A DNA stretch of 56,151 bases, taken from NCBI GenBank assembly GCA_043729945.1, contig JAYTKW010000008.1, positions 1-56,151 of the forward strand, written 5' to 3'. The stretch is from Candidatus Kaiserbacteria bacterium. GTDB lineage: Bacteria > Patescibacteriota > Minisyncoccia > Phycocordibacterales > UBA918. The notes beneath the pieces were generated by a model. The model worked only from the letters and a program-made list of their open reading frames with translations. It did not search any database and was not told the DNA's origin. Of the stretch, positions 1-8,180 are shown in pieces. Numbering within the stretch: position 1 is the stretch's first letter; each line of letters starts with the position of its first letter. The position numbers were made by a program, and so were the translations under genes.

Positions 1-27
1 AGCCATGGGGAATAAAACAAAATTAAT

Positions 28-101
28 TGCCGATTCGTCTAATGGTAGGACTCTGGTTTCTGGTACCAGCTATTGGGGTTCGAGTCCCTGATCGGCAGCC
101 A
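28..101 (+). tRNA. tRNA-Gln (anticodon CTG), CCA encoded
   Basis: Cloverleaf folded by hand: acceptor TGCCGAT/ATCGGCA (U1-A72), D stem GTCT/GGAC, anticodon stem CTGGT/ACCAG with loop TTCTGGT, T arm TGGGG-TTCGAGT-CCCTG, discriminator G followed by CCA. Confidence 0.85.
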
Positions 102-191
102 ACTCGAGGTAGGTTATCGCGCACGAGACGCGTCGAGACCACTCGAGGACTATTCTGAAATAGCATACCTGCTGAGAGCAGTATCCAAACT

Positions 192-220
192 AAAAAGCCA
201 CCCAAATTGGGTGGCTTTTT
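192..220 (+). terminator. Intrinsic (bidirectional-looking) terminator after the tRNA trailer
   Basis: AAAAAGCCACCC-AAAT-TGGGTGGCTTTTT: GC-rich stem flanked by an A run and a T run. Confidence 0.65.
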
Positions 221-338
221 AGTTACACGAACTCCACCTACTTTACGAAGTCTTCACCTTGCTCCCATACACTCACACTATGACGAATACTTCTGTCATT
301 AGCGCCACTTATTAAATAGACTCAACTTTATAAAAAAT

Positions 339-1745
339 ATGAATACTATTGCAACACCAGCAACCCAACTGGATCAATCAAACGATTCACCATCGCTTGC
401 TCGAACGTTGTTAAACAAAGTTCCAGAGATCACTATATTTTTTTGGATTATTAAAGTCCTTTGTACAACTGTCGGTGAAACGGCGGCTGACTTTCTGAAT
501 GTAAATTTAAATCTTGGTCTTACTGGTACTTCTGTTATCACTGGTATCCTTTTGGCGATTGCCCTTTTCTTCCAGTTTCGAGCAAAGAAGTACATACCAA
601 GTATCTATTGGATTGCCGTAGTACTGATAAGTGTGTTTGGAACACTGGTTACCGACAACCTTACCGACAGCATGGGAGTACCACTCGAAACAAGTACCAT
701 ATTCTTTAGTATTGCTCTGGCACTGACGTTTGCGTTTTGGTATGCAAAAGAAAAGACACTTTCCATCCATTCCATTTTTACGAGACAACGAGAAATGTTC
801 TACTGGTTAGCGATTCTCTTTACCTTTGCTCTTGGTACGGCAGCGGGCGACCTTATGGCTGAGGGACTAGGACTAGGGTATCTACTTACGGGAATCATTG
901 TGGCTGTGACGGTCGCACTATTTGCAGGTGCATGGAGGTTTGGACTTAATTCAGTGTTGGCATTCTGGCTTATATACATCATGACGCGACCTCTCGGTGC
1001 GTCCTTAGGAGACTTCTTGTCCCAATCACAAAAGCACGGGGGCTTAGGTTGGGGTGCAACAATCACGAGCGTTGTTTTTCTCACTGCAATCCTTGCTGTA
1101 GTCACCTATCTTTCAGTCACGAAGCGAGATGTGATCAAAAGAGCATTAACCGAAGAAAAGGTATCATCTCGACAAAACGTCTTTATGCAGACAGCACTCA
1201 CGATGGGTGTATTGGCACTAGTTGCAGGCACTGGGTATCACTTCAGACAATCGTCACTCCAAGGTGAAATTACAAACGCTACTTCAGAAGAGACGGGACA
1301 AGTAGCAGTTTCTGAAACAAATACGGTAGTTACAAATTCGACTAATAGTCCTGATCAAACAGGGGAACCAGTGAAAGTGAACAGTGGAGATGTTGTGACA
1401 GAAGAAACCCCAATTGTTGCGACTACTCCTGTAGTTAAACCTGTTGCGATTCCGAAGCCAGTAGTAAAGACGTCACCACTTGGCGACTTGTCCAGCTTTA
1501 AGACCATTACCCAAGATACTTTGAATTTTGTTCTCGCAGGGAAACCCGCTGACGCAAAAGAACGTATTGGAGACTTAGAGTATGAATGGGATAACGCCGA
1601 AGCGAAATTAAAGCGAATGGATGGTGCAAAGTGGACTGAAGTAGATGATGCTATTGATGCGACACTGCGACAAGTACGTGCAGTGAAGCCGGATGCACAA
1701 AAGAGTGAGTCGTCAATCAAGGCGTTACTTGCCGTACTCAATTAA
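339..1745 (+). CDS. Multi-pass membrane protein (COG4705-like N-terminal domain) with long Thr/Pro/Val-rich and helical C-terminal extension
   Basis: 468-aa ORF. It has repeated FW..K...TT.GE...D-type membrane motifs and about 8 hydrophobic segments. The family call is from memory only. Confidence 0.7.
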   Translation: MNTIATPATQLDQSNDSPSLARTLLNKVPEITIFFWIIKVLCTTVGETAADFLNVNLNLGLTGTSVITGILLAIALFFQFRAKKYIPSIYWIAVVLISVFGTLVTDNLTDSMGVPLETSTIFFSIALALTFAFWYAKEKTLSIHSIFTRQREMFYWLAILFTFALGTAAGDLMAEGLGLGYLLTGIIVAVTVALFAGAWRFGLNSVLAFWLIYIMTRPLGASLGDFLSQSQKHGGLGWGATITSVVFLTAILAVVTYLSVTKRDVIKRALTEEKVSSRQNVFMQTALTMGVLALVAGTGYHFRQSSLQGEITNATSEETGQVAVSETNTVVTNSTNSPDQTGEPVKVNSGDVVTEETPIVATTPVVKPVAIPKPVVKTSPLGDLSSFKTITQDTLNFVLAGKPADAKERIGDLEYEWDNAEAKLKRMDGAKWTEVDDAIDATLRQVRAVKPDAQKSESSIKALLAVLN

Positions 1746-1760
1746 CTACCATCAAAATAC

Positions 1761-2054
1761 ATGAACGGAGACAAGTCATCGCACATCATGAATGCATCAA
1801 CAAACCTTGTTGGTTTTACGTTCATTGTACTCACTTCACTGAAGGCATTTTACTTGGGACAAAATGCATTTATTGACGAAATGGTAGCAGTATCGGTTGT
1901 AGGCTTCATGTTGAGTACGCTACTTTCTTTTTCGTCAATGCGAACCACTAAAAAAGAAAGAAGTGTGCGATATGAGCTTTTTGCCGATTATGTATTCTTT
2001 GGAAGCCTCCTCATGATGTTCTTAGTCTGTATGTTACTCACCATTTATGATTGA
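1761..2054 (+). CDS. Small membrane protein (3 predicted TM helices)
   Basis: 97-aa ORF with hydrophobic segments, positioned between the membrane protein and the response regulator. Confidence 0.5.
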   Translation: MNGDKSSHIMNASTNLVGFTFIVLTSLKAFYLGQNAFIDEMVAVSVVGFMLSTLLSFSSMRTTKKERSVRYELFADYVFFGSLLMMFLVCMLLTIYD

Positions 2055-2104
2055 TAATTACCACTTTATGCAAACTTCACCAAACAGGAGTATGCTACAA
2101 ACGT

Positions 2105-2770
2105 ATGAAAATACTTGTCGTTGAAGATAACAAAAAATTAGCTGCAAACCTGAAAGAAGGCTTGGAACAAGACGGCTTTGCGGTCGATTGTATTCATGAC
2201 GGTATGGAGGCTGAGCGAAAAATACTCATCAATCGAAAAGAGTACGATGTGGTCATTCTTGACCTCATGCTTCCAAGTAAGGATGGAGTTGAAGTATGTC
2301 TTTCGTGGCGTGAACAGGGCGTGGTAATTCCTGTCCTTATGCTCACCGCACGGGACGCAACCGACGACAAAGTGAAGGGTCTCAATATGGGTGCAGACGA
2401 TTACCTCGCCAAACCATTTGCTCTTGAAGAAGTGACAGCACGGGTACGAGCACTCCTACGCCGTCCAGTGATAACAGAAAACGTTGTTCTCCAACTTAGC
2501 AACATCACCCTCGATACCATCAGCCACAAGGTTGAACGGGACGGAGTGGAAGTGGAACTCACTCTCAAAGAATACATGGTGCTTGAGTATCTCATGCGCA
2601 ACCAAGGAAGAGTGGTTACGCGGGATGCGCTCTACGACCATGCATGGGACTATGCAGATGTATCCTTTAGTAATACAGTAAACGTCCACATAAAAAACCT
2701 ACGAAAAAAATTACATGATGATGGAACCCATATACAAACAATACGTGGCGTTGGCTACAAAATGGAATAA
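2105..2770 (+). CDS. OmpR/PhoB-family response regulator
   Basis: MKILVVEDN start, receiver motifs (DLMLP, K at LAKPF) and a C-terminal winged-helix ending RGVGYK. The start is moved to the ATG at 2105 inside ORF 2051..2770. Confidence 0.93.
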   Translation: MKILVVEDNKKLAANLKEGLEQDGFAVDCIHDGMEAERKILINRKEYDVVILDLMLPSKDGVEVCLSWREQGVVIPVLMLTARDATDDKVKGLNMGADDYLAKPFALEEVTARVRALLRRPVITENVVLQLSNITLDTISHKVERDGVEVELTLKEYMVLEYLMRNQGRVVTRDALYDHAWDYADVSFSNTVNVHIKNLRKKLHDDGTHIQTIRGVGYKME

Positions 2771-3746
2771 GGATGTCCTTTTTCGTGCACGCATTCAACT
2801 CACCCTAGCGTATATTGTTGTATCAGCTTTTATCGTGGGTATAGCAAGTCATCTACTTTTTAACGCACTTCTTGTCAGTCTCGCTGATTCAATTGCAGAC
2901 CAAGTACCAAGTATTAGAGATCAAGCCCGTCTTTTTGAGCAAGCTGAAGGGGTGTTGGAGTTTAAGATCATCCTTGCTGATATTTTCATAATAGTAATAA
3001 TCTGTGTGTGTGCTTATATACTGACCGAAATTGCCCTTCGTCCTATTCGTGAAGCGAGAAATCGTGAGCGACGTTTCCTTGCTGACGCCGCTCACGAATT
3101 ACGCACACCCCTTTCAGTGATGCGCTCGGGTAATGAGGTGGTATTGCGTGGTGAGAAAAATCTGTCCCCTCGTGCCATTCGTCAATTCACCGAGAATATT
3201 GAAGAGATTGATACGCTTACTCGTATTGCAAATGGACTCCTTGCACTTACCAGCAAAAAGCAGATGGCACTAGACGGTGAATCTGTAATACAGGTAGGAG
3301 AACTCTTGAAAAGTGTGATTCAAAAACTTCGCCCATTGGGCACTGTAAAAGGAGTTGGTCTTTCTTTGACTACAGACGCGAATATTGAAAAATGCAGTGT
3401 CCGTGGTGACCACGCAACGCTCTCTCGAGCATTTGAAAACCTTATTGAAAATGGAATTAAGTACACGAAGCCAGAAGGTTCTGTACTAGTTACCTTAATA
3501 CAGCAAAGAAACTTTGTGGTGATAGAGATTAAGGACACAGGCATTGGTATCGCTCCCAAGGATCTACCATACGTTACTGAACCCTTCTTTCGTTCTGATG
3601 TAGCGCGTACTGCAAACGAAGGTTCAGGACTTGGTCTTTCTATTGTTTCGGAAACTATTGAAGCGCAGGGTGGAAATCTCTCAATTGAAAGTGAGCTCGG
3701 CGTAGGTACTATTGTTACCGTCTCTCTTCCAATTGTAAAAGGATAA
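2715..3746 (+). CDS. Sensor histidine kinase (HisKA + HATPase_c)
   Basis: Two N-terminal TM segments, H-box AAHELRTPL, N-box ENLIENGIKYT, and G-boxes DTGIGI and GSGLGLSIV. It overlaps the response regulator's 3' end, and the exact start is uncertain. Confidence 0.9.
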   Translation: MMMEPIYKQYVALATKWNKDVLFRARIQLTLAYIVVSAFIVGIASHLLFNALLVSLADSIADQVPSIRDQARLFEQAEGVLEFKIILADIFIIVIICVCAYILTEIALRPIREARNRERRFLADAAHELRTPLSVMRSGNEVVLRGEKNLSPRAIRQFTENIEEIDTLTRIANGLLALTSKKQMALDGESVIQVGELLKSVIQKLRPLGTVKGVGLSLTTDANIEKCSVRGDHATLSRAFENLIENGIKYTKPEGSVLVTLIQQRNFVVIEIKDTGIGIAPKDLPYVTEPFFRSDVARTANEGSGLGLSIVSETIEAQGGNLSIESELGVGTIVTVSLPIVKG

Positions 3747-3867
3747 TCCTCTTTACCAAGAGTTCACCATGAGTGAGTAGTATGAATGAGTACTCAACGT
3801 GAATGCATATAACAGCAGTATGCGGTCTGAGATACACCATTATTTACTTAAGATATAAAAACTAGAA

Positions 3868-3889
3868 AATAAGGGGACAGGCACATTTA
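3868..3889 (+). repeat. Left 22-bp inverted repeat flanking the RAYT-like gene
   Basis: AATAAGGGGACAGGCACATTTA is the reverse complement of 4634..4655 with one mismatch. Confidence 0.8.
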
Positions 3890-3918
3890 ATTCAGAAAAA
3901 GCATGGCATAATTTATCT

Positions 3919-4609
3919 ATGGCACGAGCAGCTCGAGTTGATATCGGTGGTCAGATATACCACGTTATGAATAGGGCTGTTGGCAGATTGCAGATATTTA
4001 ATACCGACGAAGATTATCTCACGTTTCTAAACATCCTTCGTGAAGCTGGTGAAACTAGTGTGGTGGAAGTGCTGGCATATTGTTGCATGCCAAATCATTG
4101 GCATCTCGTACTTCGTACTAAAGCAGATGGTGATCTAGGAAAGTATATGCAGGCTCACCAATGCACATACCCGTTTTGTACATACAAAAACACAAACTGT
4201 TGGAACTGGACCTCTCTACCAGGGAAGATACAAATCATTCATGGTTGACGACGACATACATCTCAAAACGGTTATAAAGTACGTTGAACGAAATGCTGCG
4301 CGGGCAAATCTGGTAGTCAAGCCAGAAGACTGGCGATGGGGGAGTGCTTGGCTGCGTATGAATGGAAACATTAAGCAAAAGAAATTACTGACGGAATTGC
4401 CTTTTGAACAAATTAATTATTTTGTCTGGCTCAATACAATTGACACCGAGAAAGAGTTAGAGCAAATCAGAAACTCAGTAAAGCGCGGAGTGCCATTTGG
4501 TCGTGAGAGGTGGGTTGACGCAATGGTAGAGAGGTACGGACTGGAATCGACCGTGCGTACTAAGGGGAGACCAAAGAAAGGGCAGGTGAAGGTTTTGGCT
4601 AATGAATAA
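3919..4609 (+). pseudogene. REP-associated tyrosine transposase-like (IS200/Y1 HUH family) gene, frameshifted
   Basis: ORF 3919..4248 carries the HUH motif (PNHWHLVL). ORF 4241..4609 carries the YVERNAARANLV..PEDWRWGS tail. Frame +1 from about 4154 reads LTNAHTRFVHTKTQTVGTGPLYQGRYKSFMVDDD and joins the two ORFs, so a 1-2 nt indel lies near 4150-4156. Confidence 0.8.
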
Positions 4610-4633
4610 AATTAGAACACAATTTTTGTAAAA

Positions 4634-4655
4634 TAAATGTGCCTGTCCCTTTATT
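4634..4655 (-). repeat. Right 22-bp inverted repeat flanking the RAYT-like gene
   Basis: TAAATGTGCCTGTCCCTTTATT pairs with 3868..3889. Confidence 0.8.
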
Positions 4656-4681
4656 ATCTATGCCTGTCCCTTTATTATCTA
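4640..4681. repeat. Perfect 21-bp tandem duplication TGCCTGTCCCTTTATTATCTA x2
   Basis: Units 4640..4660 and 4661..4681 are identical. The last CTA of unit 2 is the complement of the relE stop codon. Confidence 0.9.
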
Positions 4682-4930
4682 TCGGTAGGCCTCTGAACGT
4701 TTACTTATTTTATAGACGATAATTATCTCATCATTAAGTTCAAAAAGAATTCTATAGTCACCTATGCGCTTTCGATAACTGGGAAATGGAGTTTGTAGTT
4801 TTCTGGTATTTGAAGCTTTTATGCCAAAGGTAACCATGTCATCAAAAGCTGTGGCAGCTTTTTTACGTGTCTCTGGTAGTAAATTGGAAAACTCTTTCTC
4901 TGCTTTTTTGGTGAGCAGTATTTTATACAT
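4679..4930 (-). CDS. relE: RelE/ParE-family type II toxin
   Basis: 83 aa with the pattern KKA.KEF..L....RKK........L........K.L......YR.RIGDYRI.F......I.V..I..R..AY. It overlaps the upstream antitoxin by 8 nt. Confidence 0.85.
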   Translation of the reverse strand: MYKILLTKKAEKEFSNLLPETRKKAATAFDDMVTFGIKASNTRKLQTPFPSYRKRIGDYRILFELNDEIIIVYKISKRSEAYR

Positions 4931-5168
4931 GTGTACTACGAATCAAGGCCCAGTCAATGAGGGGCTCCAAACGGTTTTCTTCACGGGCAATAAGGAGATC
5001 AAGGGCGTCATGCATATCTTCAAGTTGTTCAGTATTAATGATCGTGGCAACAGCGATACCACCCTTTTCTAGGCTGATTTGTTCGTTTTTTGTTCGAACC
5101 CGTTCAACTACGGCACCAAGATTAATCCGGGCTTTGGTGATAGGCATTGAGATTTGTTTTGAAGCCAT
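4923..5168 (-). CDS. Phd/YefM-family antitoxin
   Basis: 81 aa with an N-terminal ISMPITKARINLGAVVERV motif typical of Phd/YefM. It is translationally coupled to relE. Confidence 0.82.
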   Translation of the reverse strand: MASKQISMPITKARINLGAVVERVRTKNEQISLEKGGIAVATIINTEQLEDMHDALDLLIAREENRLEPLIDWALIRSTHV

Positions 5169-5176
5169 AACGTATA

Positions 5177-5204
5177 TTGATTAATGTTGATTAACATTGA
5201 TTAA
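5177..5204 (-). promoter_or_regulatory. Putative TA operator: three phased TTGATTAA repeats
   Basis: TTGATTAA occurs at 5177, 5187 and 5197, exactly 10 bp apart. The array starts 9 nt upstream of the antitoxin ATG and overlaps AT-rich -10-like hexamers. Confidence 0.45.
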
Positions 5205-5307
5205 TATAGATGGCATACTTAGTTTTGTCAATACTAATTCAAATACAAATAACCATGAGGGGGGGTCACCAGAAGAGCCATTCACTATGAGCAAACAGCG
5301 ACGAGTC

Positions 5308-5340
5308 AAGCTTAGCCTAGGGAAGGCCTAGGCGAAGCTT
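5308..5340 (+). other. Strong 13/14-bp hairpin in the divergent intergenic region
   Basis: AAGCTTAGCCTAGG-GAAG-(G)CCTAGGCGAAGCTT, found by hand pairing. Confidence 0.5.
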
Positions 5341-5382
5341 TAACTGCCAGGAGGTTTAGAACTTATGTTATGCTAGTGTAAT

Positions 5383-6771
5383 ATGAGTGAAAAATATGAA
5401 GATGGCAACACATCAGCTTCTGAAAATAGCTTGACAGAGAAGGACAAAAAACTAAACGCTCTTAGTTCGGAGTTATTAGATGTAACAAGAGACCTTTCAA
5501 TTGAGGTAATTAATACTATTGGTACAGCTGACTTTGAAATACCGGATCAGCACGCTGAAGTTAATGAAGAGTCTTTGGCAAAATTAAAATTGCAAATTCA
5601 GAGACTACAAGAATTAATTTTCAAAATTGAGTTTTTGTCTGAAATACATAGCTTAGCGGAAGCTATTGAATTTAGTAACGGGAGGGTTGAGTTAGTGTTT
5701 CAGCCGAAGACAGTAAATGTGCCTGAAAGTCGACCACTTAGCGAAATAGTGAGTGCTCCTGCTTTTGAGCTACCTGATATTAATGAGGTGGATGAGTATA
5801 ATGCACCAGAGGCATACATGGCTGCGCTACAAAATGAATCTGTTGTGAAAAGTGGGGTATATGAATGGGTGGCGGGGCGTATTGGTTATTTGCCAAAAGT
5901 AGAGGGTAAAAAAGTAGTTGAGGTGGTGGCGAAATTAGTTGCCCAAATTGATCCAGACAACCCTTGGTGTTTGGCTACGCTTACTGAATTAATGGCATTT
6001 GCTGTATCTCATCCAGAGCGAGTCGGTCATCACCCAATTGTAGCGGGCGGTGAAACTGATCCAAATCATTATCCAATGTGTTTGCAGCGTACGAGTACGG
6101 GCATGCGCCTGGATATGTATAGAGGAGGATTGTCACAAGAAGGAACAATCATCCTTCTTTCACGAGCTGGTGCAATAGATGTTGAAAATGCTGCAGGGGA
6201 TAGAGACACTGAAATTGATAGCGTAGTTGAAGAACCTCAATCATATGAAGCGAAAGTGCAGGAGTTCTATCGAGAGTTAGAAAAAGTTTCAGAGAGCGAT
6301 AGAGAGAAACTACGGAGCGTTGTCGAAGTAACTCAATTGCTAGGTTATGACTTTGCCAACCTACGTAGTAGATTGGGTGATATTGTTGTCGATAAAATAA
6401 TGAATGAAGTAATTGGTGCCAGAATTCCGACTAAAACACCTGGACCTGATGGATTGTATAGGATAGCGCCAGAGCGGGAGGAAATTTGTTTGGCAAATAT
6501 TGAGCGGGCCGGTCAAGTGGTTGATACAGACATGAGGGAAGAAATACTAACTATACTACGTAACCCGGATTTATTAAATTCTGATGTGATGAATTTGCGT
6601 GAGCGGGCAAGAGTATCACACGGTGTCCTCGTAGAACTTTTGAAATCTCTTGAAGTTGAGGCGGCATTTCCAAGAGCAGAACTAGACGAGCTCACAAAAC
6701 AGAGGAAAATATTGTCGAGCGCTATCGGCAACCAAAACAAACTAAATGTAATTCATCCACTTGTCAGCTAG
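5383..6771 (+). CDS. Hypothetical acidic protein with coiled-coil-like segments
   Basis: 462-aa ORF with balanced composition and no recognisable catalytic motif. Confidence 0.7.
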   Translation: MSEKYEDGNTSASENSLTEKDKKLNALSSELLDVTRDLSIEVINTIGTADFEIPDQHAEVNEESLAKLKLQIQRLQELIFKIEFLSEIHSLAEAIEFSNGRVELVFQPKTVNVPESRPLSEIVSAPAFELPDINEVDEYNAPEAYMAALQNESVVKSGVYEWVAGRIGYLPKVEGKKVVEVVAKLVAQIDPDNPWCLATLTELMAFAVSHPERVGHHPIVAGGETDPNHYPMCLQRTSTGMRLDMYRGGLSQEGTIILLSRAGAIDVENAAGDRDTEIDSVVEEPQSYEAKVQEFYRELEKVSESDREKLRSVVEVTQLLGYDFANLRSRLGDIVVDKIMNEVIGARIPTKTPGPDGLYRIAPEREEICLANIERAGQVVDTDMREEILTILRNPDLLNSDVMNLRERARVSHGVLVELLKSLEVEAAFPRAELDELTKQRKILSSAIGNQNKLNVIHPLVS

Positions 6772-6843
6772 CAAGGACTGTCGAGGTAACGCTAGGTGGA
6801 ATAAGTAAAATAAAATATATAGCCATTTCTAATTCTGATACTG

Positions 6844-6849
6844 TATACT
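6844..6849 (+). promoter_or_regulatory. -10 box TATACT, 7 nt before ATG 6857
   Basis: Leaderless-type geometry shared with many genes in the window. Confidence 0.45.
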
Positions 6850-6856
6850 TTTGTAT

Positions 6857-8047
6857 ATGCGTAAAATACTTTTGGGTGGGGTATTGGTATTGGCACTAGG
6901 TGTTGGATTTGTGGTGTATCAAAAACAGGTGACGAACGTAGAGCCGGTAGTGGTGTCTGAACGTCCGATTGTAGAAGAAGAGATGGTGGGTGAGGTGGTG
7001 CCAATTGCTACGACAACGCTGCCTGACCCTAGTGCCGGTACGACTACGCTCATTGAGAATAACGCGGAGACAAAACCGGCACCACCAATTCAAGCGGCTG
7101 CCAAGCCTGTAACTGTTCAGGCAGTAGATGCAGATGACGCGCCGACCGTCCTTCAGACCTATTACGAGAAACTGGTAGCGTCTTCGGGCGTCGCAGCGGC
7201 GTTTGTTGAGTTAAAGAAGAATTATGAAACGTCGCCGGCGGTACAAGCGGAGTGTCATCAAATTACACATTCTATTGGGCATGCGGCCGCGGGTATTGCC
7301 GGAGGTGTTGGTAAAGCGTTTGCGCAAGGCGATCCGATATGTTGGTCGGGGTACTATCATGGAGTAATGGAAGAGACCCTCGAAGCTGTTGGTACGACGA
7401 CCCTAAAAACAACGATTAACAACATTTGTTCTGATGTGCCGGGTAAAAGTGCCTATTCGTTTGATTATTACAACTGTGTGCATGGTCTCGGACATGGGAT
7501 TATGCTTTTGTACAATTTTGATTTGTTTGCGTCGCTTGATGTGTGTAGCACGCTTACGGGGGAGTGGGAGAAAAGTTCGTGTGGGGGAGGAGTATTTATG
7601 GAAAATATTATGGTCGAATCACGCGGGGGAACGTCTGATTTTCTTAAGCCGGAAGACCCGGTGTATCCCTGCAACGCTGTCCCCGAAGCGCACAAATCAC
7701 AGTGTTATATGATGCAGACGTCGCACATTCTCACGGCGGTTGGTGAAGACTTTAGTAAAGTGTTTACAATCTGTAGTACGGTTGAGGAGGATTACCGGGA
7801 TACCTGTTACCAAAGTCTGGGGCGAGACGCCTCGGGTCGGAGTGTAAGTAATGTTGAACGTACTGTCGCCAGCTGTAACCTGGCACCGTCTCCGAGTGGC
7901 TTACTCAATTGTGTGATTGGAGCAGTCAAAGATTTCATCTCGTTCCATCACTCGGATGTTGAGGCAAAACTTTTATGTGCCCAATTTGAACCGACCGTAC
8001 AACAGACGTGTCTAGAAGTGACAAAAGACTATTATGCAACGTTTTAG
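6857..8047 (+). CDS. Membrane-anchored exported Cys/His-rich repeat protein, unknown function
   Basis: N-terminal TM segment (ILLGGVLVLALGVGFVVY) followed by a Thr/Pro/Ala linker. About 17 Cys occur in recurring C..(H)..G(H) helix-like units: CHQITHSIGHAA, CVHGLGHGIM, CYMMQTSHIL, CYQSLGRDA, CVIGAVKDF. Confidence 0.78.
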   Translation: MRKILLGGVLVLALGVGFVVYQKQVTNVEPVVVSERPIVEEEMVGEVVPIATTTLPDPSAGTTTLIENNAETKPAPPIQAAAKPVTVQAVDADDAPTVLQTYYEKLVASSGVAAAFVELKKNYETSPAVQAECHQITHSIGHAAAGIAGGVGKAFAQGDPICWSGYYHGVMEETLEAVGTTTLKTTINNICSDVPGKSAYSFDYYNCVHGLGHGIMLLYNFDLFASLDVCSTLTGEWEKSSCGGGVFMENIMVESRGGTSDFLKPEDPVYPCNAVPEAHKSQCYMMQTSHILTAVGEDFSKVFTICSTVEEDYRDTCYQSLGRDASGRSVSNVERTVASCNLAPSPSGLLNCVIGAVKDFISFHHSDVEAKLLCAQFEPTVQQTCLEVTKDYYATF

Positions 8048-8168
8048 GTAGTAAGAGAGCCGGTTAGTAGTAAATCATAAGTTTTGGAGCACAAATTGTC
8101 GCCACAAGATCAGGCTTTGCCATCGTTGCATATGGGTAAAAAAATGTAATAGCGGAGGACTGTAATGA

Positions 8169-8174
8169 TAGTAT
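8169..8174 (+). promoter_or_regulatory. -10 box TAGTAT, 6 nt before ATG 8181
   Basis: Spacing is consistent with a leaderless start. Confidence 0.4.
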
Positions 8175-8180
8175 GTATAT

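Noticed and set aside
23-205. 60-aa minus-strand ORF
   Set aside because: It is antisense to and overlaps the well-folded tRNA-Gln and its trailer. It shows no coding features.
2051-2104. N-terminal extensions given by the ORF track (2051, 12501, 14009, 23470, 31424, 33778, 38190, 39946, 42217, 43249, 50960, 54690 starts)
   Set aside because: The extensions overlap upstream genes or lack promoter or RBS context. Internal ATGs coincide with family-typical N-termini, signal peptides or the TATACT spacing rule.
4640-4681. Possible CRISPR array or repeat
   Set aside because: There are only two directly abutting 21-bp units with no spacers, and no cas genes. No CRISPR-like array occurs anywhere in the window.
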